Positions 50,550-61,904 are shown, counted from the stretch's first letter. The stretch: DNA of 64,000 bases from Candidatus Atabeyarchaeum deiterrae (GCA_037310415.1 CP147780.1:2656001-2720000), one strand, 5' to 3'. The notes: generated from the sequence alone by a model not told the origin. A program made the numbers and translations.

Positions 50550-51626
50550 TTATCGGGAGCATTTCTCAAGAATTCGGTCGATTGCATCCATCGGACTCTC
50601 CATCTTTGTGAGCAACCTCTTAGTATTTACTCTGAATTTGCTGGGGTTGCGCAGGATTGCCAAGGCATGACTTGTTACTTTGCCCATGTCCGCCGAGCAG
50701 TAAATTGGAAATCCCTTCTTTGATAGGTATCTTTCCACATCCATGGCTTTCGGAAAATGGCAAATACTTGGAACACCAAGTAGAGCAGCCTCCCAACTCA
50801 TCGTTCCTCCCCCACTAACAGTCAGCGTCGAGAAAGCTATCAGACTCGGTCCATCTATCGCCTTGTCTGGTACAATCACTTGGCCAGCGAATCGTTCCAA
50901 GGTGGCTCGGCGTTGTTCCTCGTAGCGCGGAAGCACGACAATCTGAGTGCTTGGGAACTCTTTCAGAATCTTCTCGATTAGGGGTGTTCCCTTCAACTCT
51001 AATGCATTGACGTCCTTTAGCCCTCGCATGTACGCTGCCTTGGATTCTTCGGGTCTGATCACGACTATAGGTTTCTGTTCATCCAAGCCTAGTGCCTTGA
51101 GTACAGAGGAGTCAGGTTTGACATTCGGTATCCAGGCAACTTCATCAACGCCATCGTATTGAACGATTGATTCTTTGCTTGCCCCAAGCTTGAGTAGCTT
51201 GCTCGGGCTAATGCATTTGGGAGTCACAACATAAGTGGAAAGTGGAAAGCTTAGTTTGCAGACGGCGATTGAGTGGGGAGTGTCGTTCAAGCAGATGCTG
51301 GTCAATCCAAGCCCGAATGCAACCCTTGCTGCTTCTGGGGAGCTGAAATGCATTGAGAAGTCTATCTCTTTGCATGAGGGGGAGATGAAATCCGTCAGAC
51401 TGAGTACCCTTTTGGTGCTTGCTCTCAGCTTTCCTTCGAGGGTTTCTCCACCATATTCTCCGGCAACAAAGTGAGGAATCCGCTTGAGTTTCAAGAGATC
51501 AATAACGACATCGTGGACTCTAGTCGTCACAATGACCCTGTTACCTTTTGCTTCCAAGTCTCTCTTGATGCTCTCAAAAAGCAGAACTTGCTTAGGCGTC
51601 ATTATGTCGAGCCAGAATGTCATCAT
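50550..51626 (-). CDS. DUF354 family (GT-B-like) protein
   Basis: WLDIMTPKQ, SSPEAARVAFGLG, NDTPH, GGGTM..EAALLGVP. Confidence 0.88.
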   Translation of the reverse strand: MMTFWLDIMTPKQVLLFESIKRDLEAKGNRVIVTTRVHDVVIDLLKLKRIPHFVAGEYGGETLEGKLRASTKRVLSLTDFISPSCKEIDFSMHFSSPEAARVAFGLGLTSICLNDTPHSIAVCKLSFPLSTYVVTPKCISPSKLLKLGASKESIVQYDGVDEVAWIPNVKPDSSVLKALGLDEQKPIVVIRPEESKAAYMRGLKDVNALELKGTPLIEKILKEFPSTQIVVLPRYEEQRRATLERFAGQVIVPDKAIDGPSLIAFSTLTVSGGGTMSWEAALLGVPSICHFPKAMDVERYLSKKGFPIYCSADMGKVTSHALAILRNPSKFRVNTKRLLTKMESPMDAIDRILEKCSR

Positions 51627-51740
51627 TGTGTGGAAATACCTGCCTGGAACCCTCAGATGAAGTTCTATTGATTAGAAGTAGTTAATAAACTCGGTTCCCA
51701 TCACACATAGACTTAAAGTCCGCGAGAATAGGGATGCGAA

Positions 51741-52262
51741 TCATATGTCGTGTTTCAAGACATACAAGTCAAGTATCTTCTCGAAAAGTTTACGAACATT
51801 CTCCCCTGTTTTCGCTGAAGTCTCTATGAAACTTGCACCGATCTCCTTCGTCAACCCTTTTCCCTCCTCTATACTCACAACCCTTCTCGGCAGGTCGATC
51901 TTGTTCCCAACCAGTATTAACGGGACGTCTTCTTTGAGATACCTTTTTAGATCATTCAGCCAGACTCTGACGTCTTCCAGCGTCTTGTGTGAGGTGACGT
52001 CGTAGACTATGGAAGCGACTGCCGTGTCGGCATAGTATTTGCTCCTGACCTTGTTGAAAGCTTCTTGGCCAGCAATGTCCCAGATTACGACAGTCACTAT
52101 TTTTCCTTCGAGTGAGAATTCCTTTGCAACCACGTTTACTCCCTTTGTTGGATTGTACTGAGCTTTGAATTGGGACGCCACGTAAGTTGAAATCAAACTT
52201 GTCTTTCCCACAGCTTGGTCGCCAGTAAAGATTACTTTACACACATGATCCTTTGAACTCAT
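51741..52262 (-). CDS. Rab-like small GTPase
   Basis: GDQAVGKT, IWDIAGQE, NKID, ETSAKTG. Confidence 0.93.
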   Translation of the reverse strand: MSSKDHVCKVIFTGDQAVGKTSLISTYVASQFKAQYNPTKGVNVVAKEFSLEGKIVTVVIWDIAGQEAFNKVRSKYYADTAVASIVYDVTSHKTLEDVRVWLNDLKRYLKEDVPLILVGNKIDLPRRVVSIEEGKGLTKEIGASFIETSAKTGENVRKLFEKILDLYVLKHDI

Positions 52263-52899
52263 TATCTACTCAACCCTCGATCCGAGAGTGTATGCCTTAC
52301 TTTCGCCGTTCTCGTCAAGAAAGTCCTATTCTTGGTTATTTGCCCGTCCGTGGCTAATAATCCAGCCCGACCGGCTGTTTTCTACATAGTACTGTTATAT
52401 GCTTCTCCTATTCTTGAAGTTTACCCGAAGCGTATTTCGAGCATCCAGAGCGATTGCGACTCTCCCAAGCATTCTCATCTGGCACGTTACAGCATGAATG
52501 GAGACAGCACCAACTATGTGACAAGCCCAAACCTCTGATCGTTGCGTTGACAAGTGAACAAACAGGAGTCAAGAACCATGCGAAAAAAAGTGATTTAGCT
52601 AGCGGATTCTCGCCGATTCAACTGGTGTCAGAATTCTATGAGAATACTGATTCCCAGGGCAACACGAGGATTTTCAAGGGAGTCGTTGACAAAGCGATCA
52701 TTCTTAGGATGTCTGTCGAGCCAGAAGACGCAAGCAATCTATTTGAATCTATTACAATAAGGAAGCGCCTCAAGACAGCGTTGGAGAATGTCTCTGCAGT
52801 GCTTCACAAAGAAGCATAAGTACTTGACCACTTGTCTATAATTCCAAGAGCATAATGAAGAATCAGTGTATTTGTAGATCACAGGAGGTTTAGTGTTAC

Positions 52900-54522
52900 T
52901 TGCTCAATGAAGACTCGAATCCGAGTCTGGATGAGGATGACGAATCGTCCATCATGAACCTCTTCTTAGACCCTGCAGGTGATAACCTTGACGATTTTGA
53001 AGATGCACTCATCAAGTCTCTGAAACTGCTTAAGCTATGGTGGAAGGGTCAGGGAGATAACAGTCCGCCTCGACCAAGCGAAGATGAAGTCAGAATACTA
53101 GTTCAGAAGATGGAAGACCAAACCAAGTCCAGCCCGTTCACTCCAACTTATAAACAGCTTGAGTCCTGCATAGCTACATTGTTTCGAAACATGAGGTTCA
53201 ATAAGAATAACTTGATCAATGTCCACCCTTCGCCTATCCTGCCAGCTGTGCTGGCTTCATTATTGACGATGTTGCAGAACCCGAATAACTTGTCTTCCAG
53301 CACTTCGGCTGCAACCACGTTCATGGAAGAGGAATGTATTTGTGAACTTGCCAGTCTTGTCGGATTCTCTGGTAGCACGAAGGGTGCTTCATGTAGAGGA
53401 AACATTGTATCCTGCGGTACAATATCAAATCTGACAGGCCTAACAGTTGCAAGGGAAAAAGCTTACAGGAAATCATTGAATTCCGAGGCGGACTTTAACA
53501 AAAAGTTCGGGCTGTTTGGAAGCCCCAGAGGCGTGATCCTGACTACCAAGTCCGCCCATTACTCGATTCGGAAAACCACACGGATCCTTGGACTTGGAGA
53601 TGATGGCTTAATCGAAGTTCCCGTTGCATGCGAAGATGAGGTCACTGAGTTCGATAAGTCTGGCAAACCTTTCAAACTCAAGCCTTCAACTCAAGTATAC
53701 GCAGAGACACTTGAAAATGTTAAGAGATCGAGACGAAAAACGGATGGAGAAGACTCAATCATAATATCTGCTGTCGCGACCTTGGGAACAATAAATACTG
53801 GAACAATAGAACCAATTCAACCCCTCGTTGGACTCAGAGATGAGTATGGATTTCACCTTCACGTTGACGCGGCGATCGGGGGTCTCGCCTTAGGACTAGA
53901 TGAAGTTAAGAAAAAAGCTTCGGGAGTTGAAGTCGCTGATTCAATCACGATCGATCCTCACAAACTCGGTTTTATTCAGTATCCGTGCAGTGCTATATTG
54001 TTCCGCAATGACTCGGACCTTGATTTCTTGGCAACTGATGTCCCTTACGTTGACTCATGTGCCAGCACGATTGAGGGATCGCGTCCGGGCTCCAGCGCTG
54101 CGGGGTTCTGGGTTGCCCTGAAGACCCTTGGTAGAGATGGTTACAATAGGATAATCGGGCGATGCATCAGCCTGACCAAGACCCTCGGTAATCTGCTCAA
54201 TGATGCTGGGTACCAAGTTCTCCATGAGGTTGATCTTAACACCGTCTGCTTCGCTCTCAAAAAAGAACGAGAGCCTAGAAAGAAACTGAATAGGCTCACG
54301 AGCGAGCTTCAGAACAGAGTCACTGCCAAAGGAAAATACTTGACAGGCAAGGTTGACGATGTTTCCGGGATAATGGTGAAAGATAGACCTTGGCAAAACA
54401 GCTCTGAAAAAGTGAGCTTAACAGGAATCAGGGTCTGGATCATGAACCCACAGATCGATGAACATGATCTTGAGCTGCTCATAGGTGAACTCAATGAAAG
54501 GAGAAAGCAACTTACTTTCTGA
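52900..54522 (+). CDS. Group II PLP-dependent amino-acid decarboxylase
   Basis: AHYS, GTINTG, HVDAAIGG, DSITIDPHK (PLP Lys), EGSRPG. Confidence 0.9.
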   Translation: MLNEDSNPSLDEDDESSIMNLFLDPAGDNLDDFEDALIKSLKLLKLWWKGQGDNSPPRPSEDEVRILVQKMEDQTKSSPFTPTYKQLESCIATLFRNMRFNKNNLINVHPSPILPAVLASLLTMLQNPNNLSSSTSAATTFMEEECICELASLVGFSGSTKGASCRGNIVSCGTISNLTGLTVAREKAYRKSLNSEADFNKKFGLFGSPRGVILTTKSAHYSIRKTTRILGLGDDGLIEVPVACEDEVTEFDKSGKPFKLKPSTQVYAETLENVKRSRRKTDGEDSIIISAVATLGTINTGTIEPIQPLVGLRDEYGFHLHVDAAIGGLALGLDEVKKKASGVEVADSITIDPHKLGFIQYPCSAILFRNDSDLDFLATDVPYVDSCASTIEGSRPGSSAAGFWVALKTLGRDGYNRIIGRCISLTKTLGNLLNDAGYQVLHEVDLNTVCFALKKEREPRKKLNRLTSELQNRVTAKGKYLTGKVDDVSGIMVKDRPWQNSSEKVSLTGIRVWIMNPQIDEHDLELLIGELNERRKQLTF

Positions 54523-54629
54523 CTGTTCTGGCGTTACCGTACGAGGCGAGTGAAGAAGAACTGTATATATAATCCAAAGTGACTAAATTAGACAAATCTA
54601 AGCAAGCATAGGCGTGGTGCATTGAACGT

Positions 54630-55715
54630 ATGGATCCGGAGCACAGAATGAAATTGGTCACGAGAGGAACTGAAGAGATCATAACAAGGGACGAACTCAA
54701 AACGCTCCTCGAAACCAAAAGCAAACCGAGAGCATACTGGGGTTTTGAGTTGAGTGGATTTCTGCACCTCGGCACAGGGCTTGTATGCGGAAACAAAATC
54801 AAGGATTTCGTCCAGGCTGGATTCGAATTCACAATACTTCTGGCTGACACCCATAGTTTCATAAACAAGAAACTTGGTGGCAAGTGGGAGAACATTTCGC
54901 TTGCGGCAGAGTACTTCAGGCACAGCTTCATTGCCTTAGGCATAGACCCGACTAAGGTTCGATACGTTCGTGCATCCGAGATCATGAACAGGTTCGATTA
55001 TTGGTTCAAAGCTATACAGGTAGCGAAGAGCGCGTCCATCAACAGAATGAGACGGGCACTTCCAATAATGGGACGTGAGATGACGGGAGAAGATATTGAG
55101 GCAGCATTCATGTGGTACCCCGCGCTCCAAGCTGCCGACATCTTCGACCTTGACCTCCATGTAGCGGCTGCTGGACTGGATCAGAGAAAAGCACATATGT
55201 TGACGAGGGATGTTGCCGCGAAACTCGGCTGGCGACCGCCAATAAGCGTGCACACACCTCTTCTCCCAGGTCTGACTGAGACAAAGCAACGAATGGAATA
55301 CGATGAGGACGAAAGAATCAGCGCAAAGATAACCAGTAAGATGTCAAAGAGTGTGCCACAGAGTACTATCACCATACATGATTCGCCTCAAGAGATAAGG
55401 GACAAAATCAAGGGAGCCTTTTGTCCTCCGAAACAGCTTGAAGGGAATCCAATTACAGAAATAGTTCGTTTGATCATATTCCGAGAAGACGACGCAAAGC
55501 TGAACATCATTAGACCAGACAAATATGGAGGCTCACTTGAACTCAAAAGCTATTCTGAACTTGAAAGAGCGTACCTACAAGGGAAGCTACACCCAGTTGA
55601 TCTGAAGCAAGCTGTCGCTGACTCGCTGATAGATACGCTCAAACCCGTGAGAGACTACTTCAGTAAGAATCCTGGACCGTTGGAAGCAATGAGGAAAGTG
55701 ACGATCACCAGATGA
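54630..55715 (+). CDS. tyrS: Tyrosine--tRNA ligase (archaeal type)
   Basis: YWGFE.SG..HLG, YPALQAADI, GLDQRKAH, KMSKS, LHPVDLK. Confidence 0.96.
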   Translation: MDPEHRMKLVTRGTEEIITRDELKTLLETKSKPRAYWGFELSGFLHLGTGLVCGNKIKDFVQAGFEFTILLADTHSFINKKLGGKWENISLAAEYFRHSFIALGIDPTKVRYVRASEIMNRFDYWFKAIQVAKSASINRMRRALPIMGREMTGEDIEAAFMWYPALQAADIFDLDLHVAAAGLDQRKAHMLTRDVAAKLGWRPPISVHTPLLPGLTETKQRMEYDEDERISAKITSKMSKSVPQSTITIHDSPQEIRDKIKGAFCPPKQLEGNPITEIVRLIIFREDDAKLNIIRPDKYGGSLELKSYSELERAYLQGKLHPVDLKQAVADSLIDTLKPVRDYFSKNPGPLEAMRKVTITR

Positions 55716-55716
55716 A

Positions 55717-56475
55717 ATGAACAAGGATCTTGATTTTCATCGGGGATCACGCTTGGCTCCCAGAGGCACAATCAGGTTGAAGAAGCCCACTATTTTCCAG
55801 TCTAATCTGTTCCGAGGATTACCATACTGGCGTTTGTCTGTACAAGATGCTGCAATCGAGCAAATTCTAGATTTTGAGAATGCAGACAAAGCCAATCCGC
55901 GGATTCTGGACTTGGGATGCGGGCTAGGGTATACTTTAACCAGACTCTCAACTTCCGTTCGACATGGAGCTACTCTAGTGGGAATCGACATTAGCGAGTG
56001 GGCCATTGCCCGCGCGAAGATTCTTATTCAGGAAACTGGCGACATCTCCAGAGTAAAGATCGAGTGCGCCAATGCAGAAAGCACACCATTTGGCGATGAG
56101 GAGTTTGACATAGTAATCGCCAACTTGGCTTTCAGTGTTTTCAAAAAACCTGAGAATGCAGCATCTGAAGTCGCCCGAATCTTGAAGAAAAATGGGAGGC
56201 TTGTTCTAACTGAGGTGAACAAGGCTAGTTTATTGGGGAGACTAGGAGAGCTTGGTGATGCCCTAACTGGACGCCTCTACTACCATCTCTATTCACCAAG
56301 TGAGCTTGCCAGGCGATTCACGATACTCGGACTGAGATTGGATAGAGTCTCAAGAATTCCTCTGAAGCTGAACTTGAGAGGACGCGTCTTGAAGATCTCC
56401 TCTAAGATCTCTCCTGTATTCCTTCTCAAGTTATCCAAACCGTCTCGCTTATATCAAGGTACAAGAATTAAATAG
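55717..56475 (+). CDS. Class I SAM-dependent methyltransferase
   Basis: ILDLGCGLG, GIDIS, FDIV, RILKKNG. Confidence 0.88.
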   Translation: MNKDLDFHRGSRLAPRGTIRLKKPTIFQSNLFRGLPYWRLSVQDAAIEQILDFENADKANPRILDLGCGLGYTLTRLSTSVRHGATLVGIDISEWAIARAKILIQETGDISRVKIECANAESTPFGDEEFDIVIANLAFSVFKKPENAASEVARILKKNGRLVLTEVNKASLLGRLGELGDALTGRLYYHLYSPSELARRFTILGLRLDRVSRIPLKLNLRGRVLKISSKISPVFLLKLSKPSRLYQGTRIK

Positions 56476-56610
56476 AATGACCAAACCAATTCCCTTGTTT
56501 GTTTTGATTACGTAGTACCATGAATGAGTGTTTCAGTGGTAAAATACACTGTTTTAACAGTTTAATGCGGTAATAGAGAAGTCTGTCCTCAAAGGAGGTG
56601 TCACTAACTA

Positions 56611-56913
56611 ATGATCAGTAAGGAAGACATCATGAAGGCTCTCCAGGGTATATTTGATCCAGAGATCCCAGTGAACATAGTCGACTTGGGTCTGATCTAC
56701 GAAGTCAACGTCGACAAGAGTAGCAATGTCAGCATAAAGATGACCTGTACTACTCCATATTGCCCGATGAACCGATATCTGCAACAGGAAGTAACTGACA
56801 AGACAAAGGGCATCAAAGGTGTAAAAGAAGTCAAGGTTGAAATGGTATTTGAGCCGCCTTGGACCCCTGATAGAATAGCTCCCTCAGCAAGAAAAGAGTT
56901 GAGCATCCAGTAG
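56611..56913 (+). CDS. DUF59/SufT-like Fe-S maturation protein
   Basis: DPEIPVNIVDLGLIY, TTPYCP, FEPPWTP. Confidence 0.92.
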   Translation: MISKEDIMKALQGIFDPEIPVNIVDLGLIYEVNVDKSSNVSIKMTCTTPYCPMNRYLQQEVTDKTKGIKGVKEVKVEMVFEPPWTPDRIAPSARKELSIQ

Positions 56914-57081
56914 GTTTTACAAGAGTCTCACTGAGTATTGTCTTGTGAAATCTCTTTTCTCACCATTCTGATCCGGAAAATGAATGCGGAATTTGGGATT
57001 CTCTTCTTCCTTCATTCTTTTCCAACTCACTTTATCCTCCCAGCAAAACCTAAAATACGCAGAGGATTCTATACCTCTTCG

Positions 57082-57237
57082 GTGATCGAGATTGGTGACA
57101 AGTGGTTCTACAAGTGCCCGAAATGTGTGACCGTAACTGAAGTTGAATTCCACCCCTGGAGGGGCCAACTCGCGTGCCATGGAGTCTGTCCAGAGTGTAA
57201 GGCGGACTTCTGGAACTTTGGTGTCTGGAAAGAGTAA
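57082..57237 (+). CDS. Small zinc-ribbon protein
   Basis: CPKC...CPEC; start uncertain. Confidence 0.55.
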   Translation: MIEIGDKWFYKCPKCVTVTEVEFHPWRGQLACHGVCPECKADFWNFGVWKE

Positions 57238-57295
57238 AAAAGGACTCTGGCTACTCTGATAGAGAACTCAATTGGATTGCGAGGTAGTAAGAGCA

Positions 57296-58024
57296 TTGAT
57301 TAATGACGCTCATGTGCATGTGGGTCCTTCAGCTCCCTGGGTTCCCGAAGTTAGCCCGGCAAGAAATATCGATGATTACATGAAAATCATGGAAAAATAC
57401 GAAATCGGAAAAGCTATAATCTTTCCTAACCCAGGCGTGGGAGAAGGCTACGCAAAGCAGAACGATGTTATTGCACAAGCCCAGAAGAAGTACCCGAATC
57501 GAATAATAGGGTTCGGTCGGACGGATCCGAGACTAGGGGACGGAGCAATAAAGGAAGTTGAACGTTTCATCAATAAGCTGGGTTTGAAGGGTGTTAAGTT
57601 GCATCCGATAGTTGAGTGCTTCAGACCAGATCACCCAGCTTTCGATCCCTTCTTCAAGGCAATCGAAGATCTGCGTGTTCCGATACTTTTTCATTCTTCG
57701 CCTGGGTTCTTTGCCGAGCCTCATTTGATAGCTGTGGTTGCTGAGCGACATTCCAAGCTTAGAATATGCCTTGGTCACTTGTACGGCTCCATGTTGCCTA
57801 TATTGGAGAAAAACAGGAATCTTTGGACTGAAACCAGTGGAGTATCTTTGCCTGCTACAGTTACTGGTGCAGTCAAGGTAGCCCCTGACAGAGTCATGTA
57901 TGGATCAGATTGGCCGTATCTCAATCCGAGAGTTGAACTTGTTAAGGTTGAGGAAGGCGTTCAAAACAAGGAAGACTTAAAGAAGGTTCTTACTAGCAAC
58001 TTTGACAAGTTCGTCGCAATGTGA
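57296..58024 (+). CDS. Amidohydrolase_2 family protein
   Basis: INDAHVH, GVKLHP, LGH, YGSDWPY. Confidence 0.9.
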   Translation: MINDAHVHVGPSAPWVPEVSPARNIDDYMKIMEKYEIGKAIIFPNPGVGEGYAKQNDVIAQAQKKYPNRIIGFGRTDPRLGDGAIKEVERFINKLGLKGVKLHPIVECFRPDHPAFDPFFKAIEDLRVPILFHSSPGFFAEPHLIAVVAERHSKLRICLGHLYGSMLPILEKNRNLWTETSGVSLPATVTGAVKVAPDRVMYGSDWPYLNPRVELVKVEEGVQNKEDLKKVLTSNFDKFVAM

Positions 58025-58028
58025 TAAT

Positions 58029-59111
58029 TCATGTCACGGAATCAACCTTGATTGGTCGGTTGGTTCTCGCGGATTCCTGGACTGCCATGGAGAACTGCAA
58101 CACTTTCCTACCCTGCTCGCCAGACAGGATGGGCTCTTTGTTTTCTAGTATGCTGTTGATGAAATGTCGTCCAGAATCTCTGAATGAGACATCCCATTCG
58201 CACTCAATGTTGTGGAAGTAGGTTGCTTTGCCATCAGATTTGTACAGTATCAACGGAGCCATGTCAAGGAGTTGGGCCGTGCCTCTAGTGGCAAATATGT
58301 AGCCCTTGTCTCCGGTGACCTCGAGTCTGTCTTCGTCTCCATAGAATCTGCTAGTAACAAAGCAATCTGGTGACCAAGTCGTTATGAAAGCTCCGTAGGC
58401 GCCCTTCGCTTTGTATTTCCATTCAGCTACCGCTGGGCAGTCAATCTTCAATCCTGCGAGGTTCGAACACTCTATCCAAGAGAAAACCTCGTCAACTTCA
58501 CCCAGAAGATACATTGCTAATGAGAAGACATGATAGCCATGATCCCAAACTATTGGTCCTCCTCCGCAAGTCTTTGGGTTGAATCTCCATGCCCACGTGT
58601 CACCGGGAATCTCCCATCCGCCCACACCACAGTTGCCAACTCTTATTACAACCATGCTTGGTGTGCCTATTTCCTTCTTATCTATTAACTCTCTCACCTT
58701 TACGTGTGGAGGGTAGAAGACGAAGTTCTCGAACACTTTGAATTTTACCCCGGCTTTTCTTGCAGCCAAGATCATCTCATCTGCTTCCTTGAGATCCATT
58801 GCCATTGGTTTCTGCACCGAGACATGCTTCCCTGCCTCTGTAGCAGATATTGCGACATCATGATGAAGATGATGAGGCAAAAGAATCTCTACAACATCAA
58901 CGCTAGGGTCCTTCAAGAGTTTGGCGTAGTCAGTGTAGTACTTCTCAGCGCCCCATATCTTAGCTTTCTGCTTCGCCTTTGCCTCAACACTGTCACAAGT
59001 GGCAACTATTCTCGCTTTCTTGAAGTCTATATACGCTAATGCATGAAGGTCAGAGATTCTGCCACAGCCAATGAAACCAACGCCGAGAGGTTTGCTCGAA
59101 GCCAAACTCAC
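58029..59111 (-). CDS. Gfo/Idh/MocA family oxidoreductase
   Basis: GFIGCGRI, GKHVSVQKPMA, GGG..WDHGYH. Confidence 0.92.
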   Translation of the reverse strand: MSLASSKPLGVGFIGCGRISDLHALAYIDFKKARIVATCDSVEAKAKQKAKIWGAEKYYTDYAKLLKDPSVDVVEILLPHHLHHDVAISATEAGKHVSVQKPMAMDLKEADEMILAARKAGVKFKVFENFVFYPPHVKVRELIDKKEIGTPSMVVIRVGNCGVGGWEIPGDTWAWRFNPKTCGGGPIVWDHGYHVFSLAMYLLGEVDEVFSWIECSNLAGLKIDCPAVAEWKYKAKGAYGAFITTWSPDCFVTSRFYGDEDRLEVTGDKGYIFATRGTAQLLDMAPLILYKSDGKATYFHNIECEWDVSFRDSGRHFINSILENKEPILSGEQGRKVLQFSMAVQESARTNRPIKVDSVT

Positions 59112-59217
59112 ACAACCTCCATAAAACCAGAAAAAACTTGCCGAACCCTCAACAGATGTATTTCTAAATGAACAAGTTATTATATATTGTCTACTTTGGT
59201 CTCCTCCTTATTTGATT

Positions 59218-60900
59218 TCACTTGCTTATTGTATTCTGTTCATCTCTTGCTCTTAGTATAGCTCCATTAGTTGCTGACGTTGCGAACATTGAATATCTCG
59301 CGAGATATCCCTTTATCTTTCTCGTGGGTTTTCTCCATATGCGCAAACGTTCCTTCAATTCTGATTTAGGCACATTCAATTCTATTCTTCTTTGAGGTAT
59401 ATTGTACGAGATGCTGTCCCCATTCTCGACCGCAGCGATTGGTCCTCCCTCGATGGCTTCGGGTGAAACATAGCCTATCGCCGGACCTCTTGTCGAGCCT
59501 GAGAACCGACCGTCGGTTACCAGGGCAACACTAGAGTCAAGCTGCATACCAACTAACATCGCTGTGATAGCGTGCATCTCTCTCATTCCGGGGCCGCCTT
59601 TTGGCCCTTCATAGCGGATCACAATTACTGAACCTTTCTCTACTCTGCCGTTGACCACTGCCTCCGTAGCCTCTTCCATTGAGTTGAAAACATTCGCAGG
59701 CCCCTCATGTTCCAACATTGCAGAGTTGACCGCCACTTGCTTTACTAGCGCTCCCTCAGGCGCTAGGCTGCCTTTCAGAACGGCTACGCCTCCCTCCTTG
59801 TGCACAGGAGTATTGAAAGGTCTTATTACCTCAGGTCTTCTGGTTCTTTCAACGCCCTGAACATAAGACTTGAGAGGTTCTCCAGTTACCGTCATCGCTT
59901 CCCAGTTGATGAGGCTTGAGAGTTCATTAAGCACAGCAGGGATTCCACCCGCTTCGTCAAGATCTTCCAGTGTATATTCCCCTGATGGAACGATAGGGCA
60001 TAGATGGGGCGTCTTCTTGCCAGCTAGGTCAATGTCGTCGAAGGTTAGCTTGATGCCAAGTTCATTGGCTATCGCGGGAATATGCAAGCATGCATTCAAG
60101 GAGCCTCCTATCGCCATGTCGACTGTTAGAGCATTCTCAAAGGCATCGCTGGTCATAATCTTTGAAGGTGTGATGTTCTTTGAGAGTAGATCCATGATTC
60201 GCTTTCCGCTCTCCTTGGCGAGCCTGAGCTTCTTGGCACTAACAGCATGAGTAGTTGCACATGTGGGCAGACACATTCCAAGAGCTTCGGTTACACATGC
60301 CATGGTGTTGGCCGTTCCCATCATGGCACACGATCCAGGACCCGGGCAGGCAGTGTCTTCAATGCGCTCCAATTCCTTCATGCTTATTTCAGCTTTCCTT
60401 GCCTTAGCCGAATACTCGCGTATTTGGGTTGTTGTGATCTTCCTTCCTTTGTAAATGCCCGGAGCCATTGGCCCTCCTGTCACAACTATTGTTGGAATAT
60501 CTAGTCTCGCAGCAGCCATTAGGTGTCCAGGAACAATCTTGTCGCATGATGAGATCATGACCATGGCGTCGAACTGATGCCCTTGTATCATTACTTCAAC
60601 TGTGTCTGTGATAAGATCCCTGCTTGGCAATGAGTATTTCATGCCTACGGTTCCTTGGCATATACCGTCGCATATTGCTATTGTATTGAACTCGAATGGC
60701 ATTCCGCCCGCACTCCTGACACCAGTCTTGACTGCTTCAGAAATATCATTAAGATGTATGTGACCAGGAACAATCTCACTGTAGGAGTTTACCACGGCAA
60801 CCCAGGGTTTCGAAATATCGGAACCCGTTAGTCCCAAGGATTTAAGGAGTGCTCTCTGGGCGGTTCTGTCAATTCCAATCTTCATAGCTTCGCTTCTCAA
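59218..60900 (-). CDS. ilvD: Dihydroxy-acid dehydratase (IlvD/Edd family)
   Basis: [47 protein letters not shown]. Confidence 0.93.
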   Translation of the reverse strand: MRSEAMKIGIDRTAQRALLKSLGLTGSDISKPWVAVVNSYSEIVPGHIHLNDISEAVKTGVRSAGGMPFEFNTIAICDGICQGTVGMKYSLPSRDLITDTVEVMIQGHQFDAMVMISSCDKIVPGHLMAAARLDIPTIVVTGGPMAPGIYKGRKITTTQIREYSAKARKAEISMKELERIEDTACPGPGSCAMMGTANTMACVTEALGMCLPTCATTHAVSAKKLRLAKESGKRIMDLLSKNITPSKIMTSDAFENALTVDMAIGGSLNACLHIPAIANELGIKLTFDDIDLAGKKTPHLCPIVPSGEYTLEDLDEAGGIPAVLNELSSLINWEAMTVTGEPLKSYVQGVERTRRPEVIRPFNTPVHKEGGVAVLKGSLAPEGALVKQVAVNSAMLEHEGPANVFNSMEEATEAVVNGRVEKGSVIVIRYEGPKGGPGMREMHAITAMLVGMQLDSSVALVTDGRFSGSTRGPAIGYVSPEAIEGGPIAAVENGDSISYNIPQRRIELNVPKSELKERLRIWRKPTRKIKGYLARYSMFATSATNGAILRARDEQNTISK

Positions 60901-61069
60901 AGATTCCGAACACCTCGCTGAGAATCCGGGTGCAGGATAGACAAAACTTATCAGATTAGATCATTCTACGATGTGCCCAGGAATATGAAACATGTTGATC
61001 ATTCCCTTGATCATAAGCGTAATCCATATTTAGCTTCTCCATCGTCTTGTTTTGGGTTGGTGTTATTCA

Positions 61070-61882
61070 TTGGTTTTCGGGTTTGTTGCTTTTCCCCGTA
61101 AGCTGGAAGATTACTTGCCTTGGGCTGCAGAGAATGGTTTTGAGCATATCGAGATTGATGGAACTATTCCATCCAATTTTCCTTATGAGTTCTCGAGACA
61201 CCGGGTGGAGTCTCTGCTGGAACAAGTGCGTCAACTTGGAATCACATTGAGTTATCACACATCATATGCAGTGAATCTGGCTGATCCACTCAGAGAGCTT
61301 AGAACTGCGGCAAGGAATCTGATTGGTCGATGCATGGAGTTAGCATACAAGTTGAAGGCAAAGTGGATAACGATTCACCCTGGCTATAAGATTGGCTGGC
61401 CTGACCAGAAGAATGAAAGGGTGCCATTCTTTGTTGAGTCCCTGAAGTATCTGCTGGAGAAGGCCGAAAAACAGGGTGTCCAGATTGCAGTTGAGAACCT
61501 TAACAGACTTATGCAAGGTGAGGTATTCTACCTTGGAGATTGCTTTGATCAACTGCGGCAGATTTTCTCATCATCAAACTCGAAGTTCCTGAAGATGACG
61601 TTGGACTTTGGCCATGCGCATCTGAATGAGGGGGTAGAGAAGTATCTGAGGACCTTCGCTGATAGGATTATTTGTACGCACATTCATGATAATATGGGAC
61701 AGGGAGTAGATCAGCACCTGCCTGTCGGCAAGGGCAGTATAGACTGGAGAAGAGCCTGCAAAGTTATCAAAGGGATCGACTATACAGGTCCCTTGTGTTT
61801 CGAGGTTTACTCCGACGAAGAAAAGATAGCCGGAATGAAAATGCTTCGTAGGCTGCTGGGTGAGGAGCAGAAAGGAGAATAA
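61070..61882 (+). CDS. Sugar phosphate isomerase/epimerase (xylose isomerase-like TIM barrel)
   Basis: IHPG, AVEN, LDFGHA, HIHDN..DQHLPVGKG, FE. Confidence 0.88.
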   Translation: MVFGFVAFPRKLEDYLPWAAENGFEHIEIDGTIPSNFPYEFSRHRVESLLEQVRQLGITLSYHTSYAVNLADPLRELRTAARNLIGRCMELAYKLKAKWITIHPGYKIGWPDQKNERVPFFVESLKYLLEKAEKQGVQIAVENLNRLMQGEVFYLGDCFDQLRQIFSSSNSKFLKMTLDFGHAHLNEGVEKYLRTFADRIICTHIHDNMGQGVDQHLPVGKGSIDWRRACKVIKGIDYTGPLCFEVYSDEEKIAGMKMLRRLLGEEQKGE

Positions 61883-61904
61883 GAGCAAGTCTTCTGGTTC
61901 TTGA

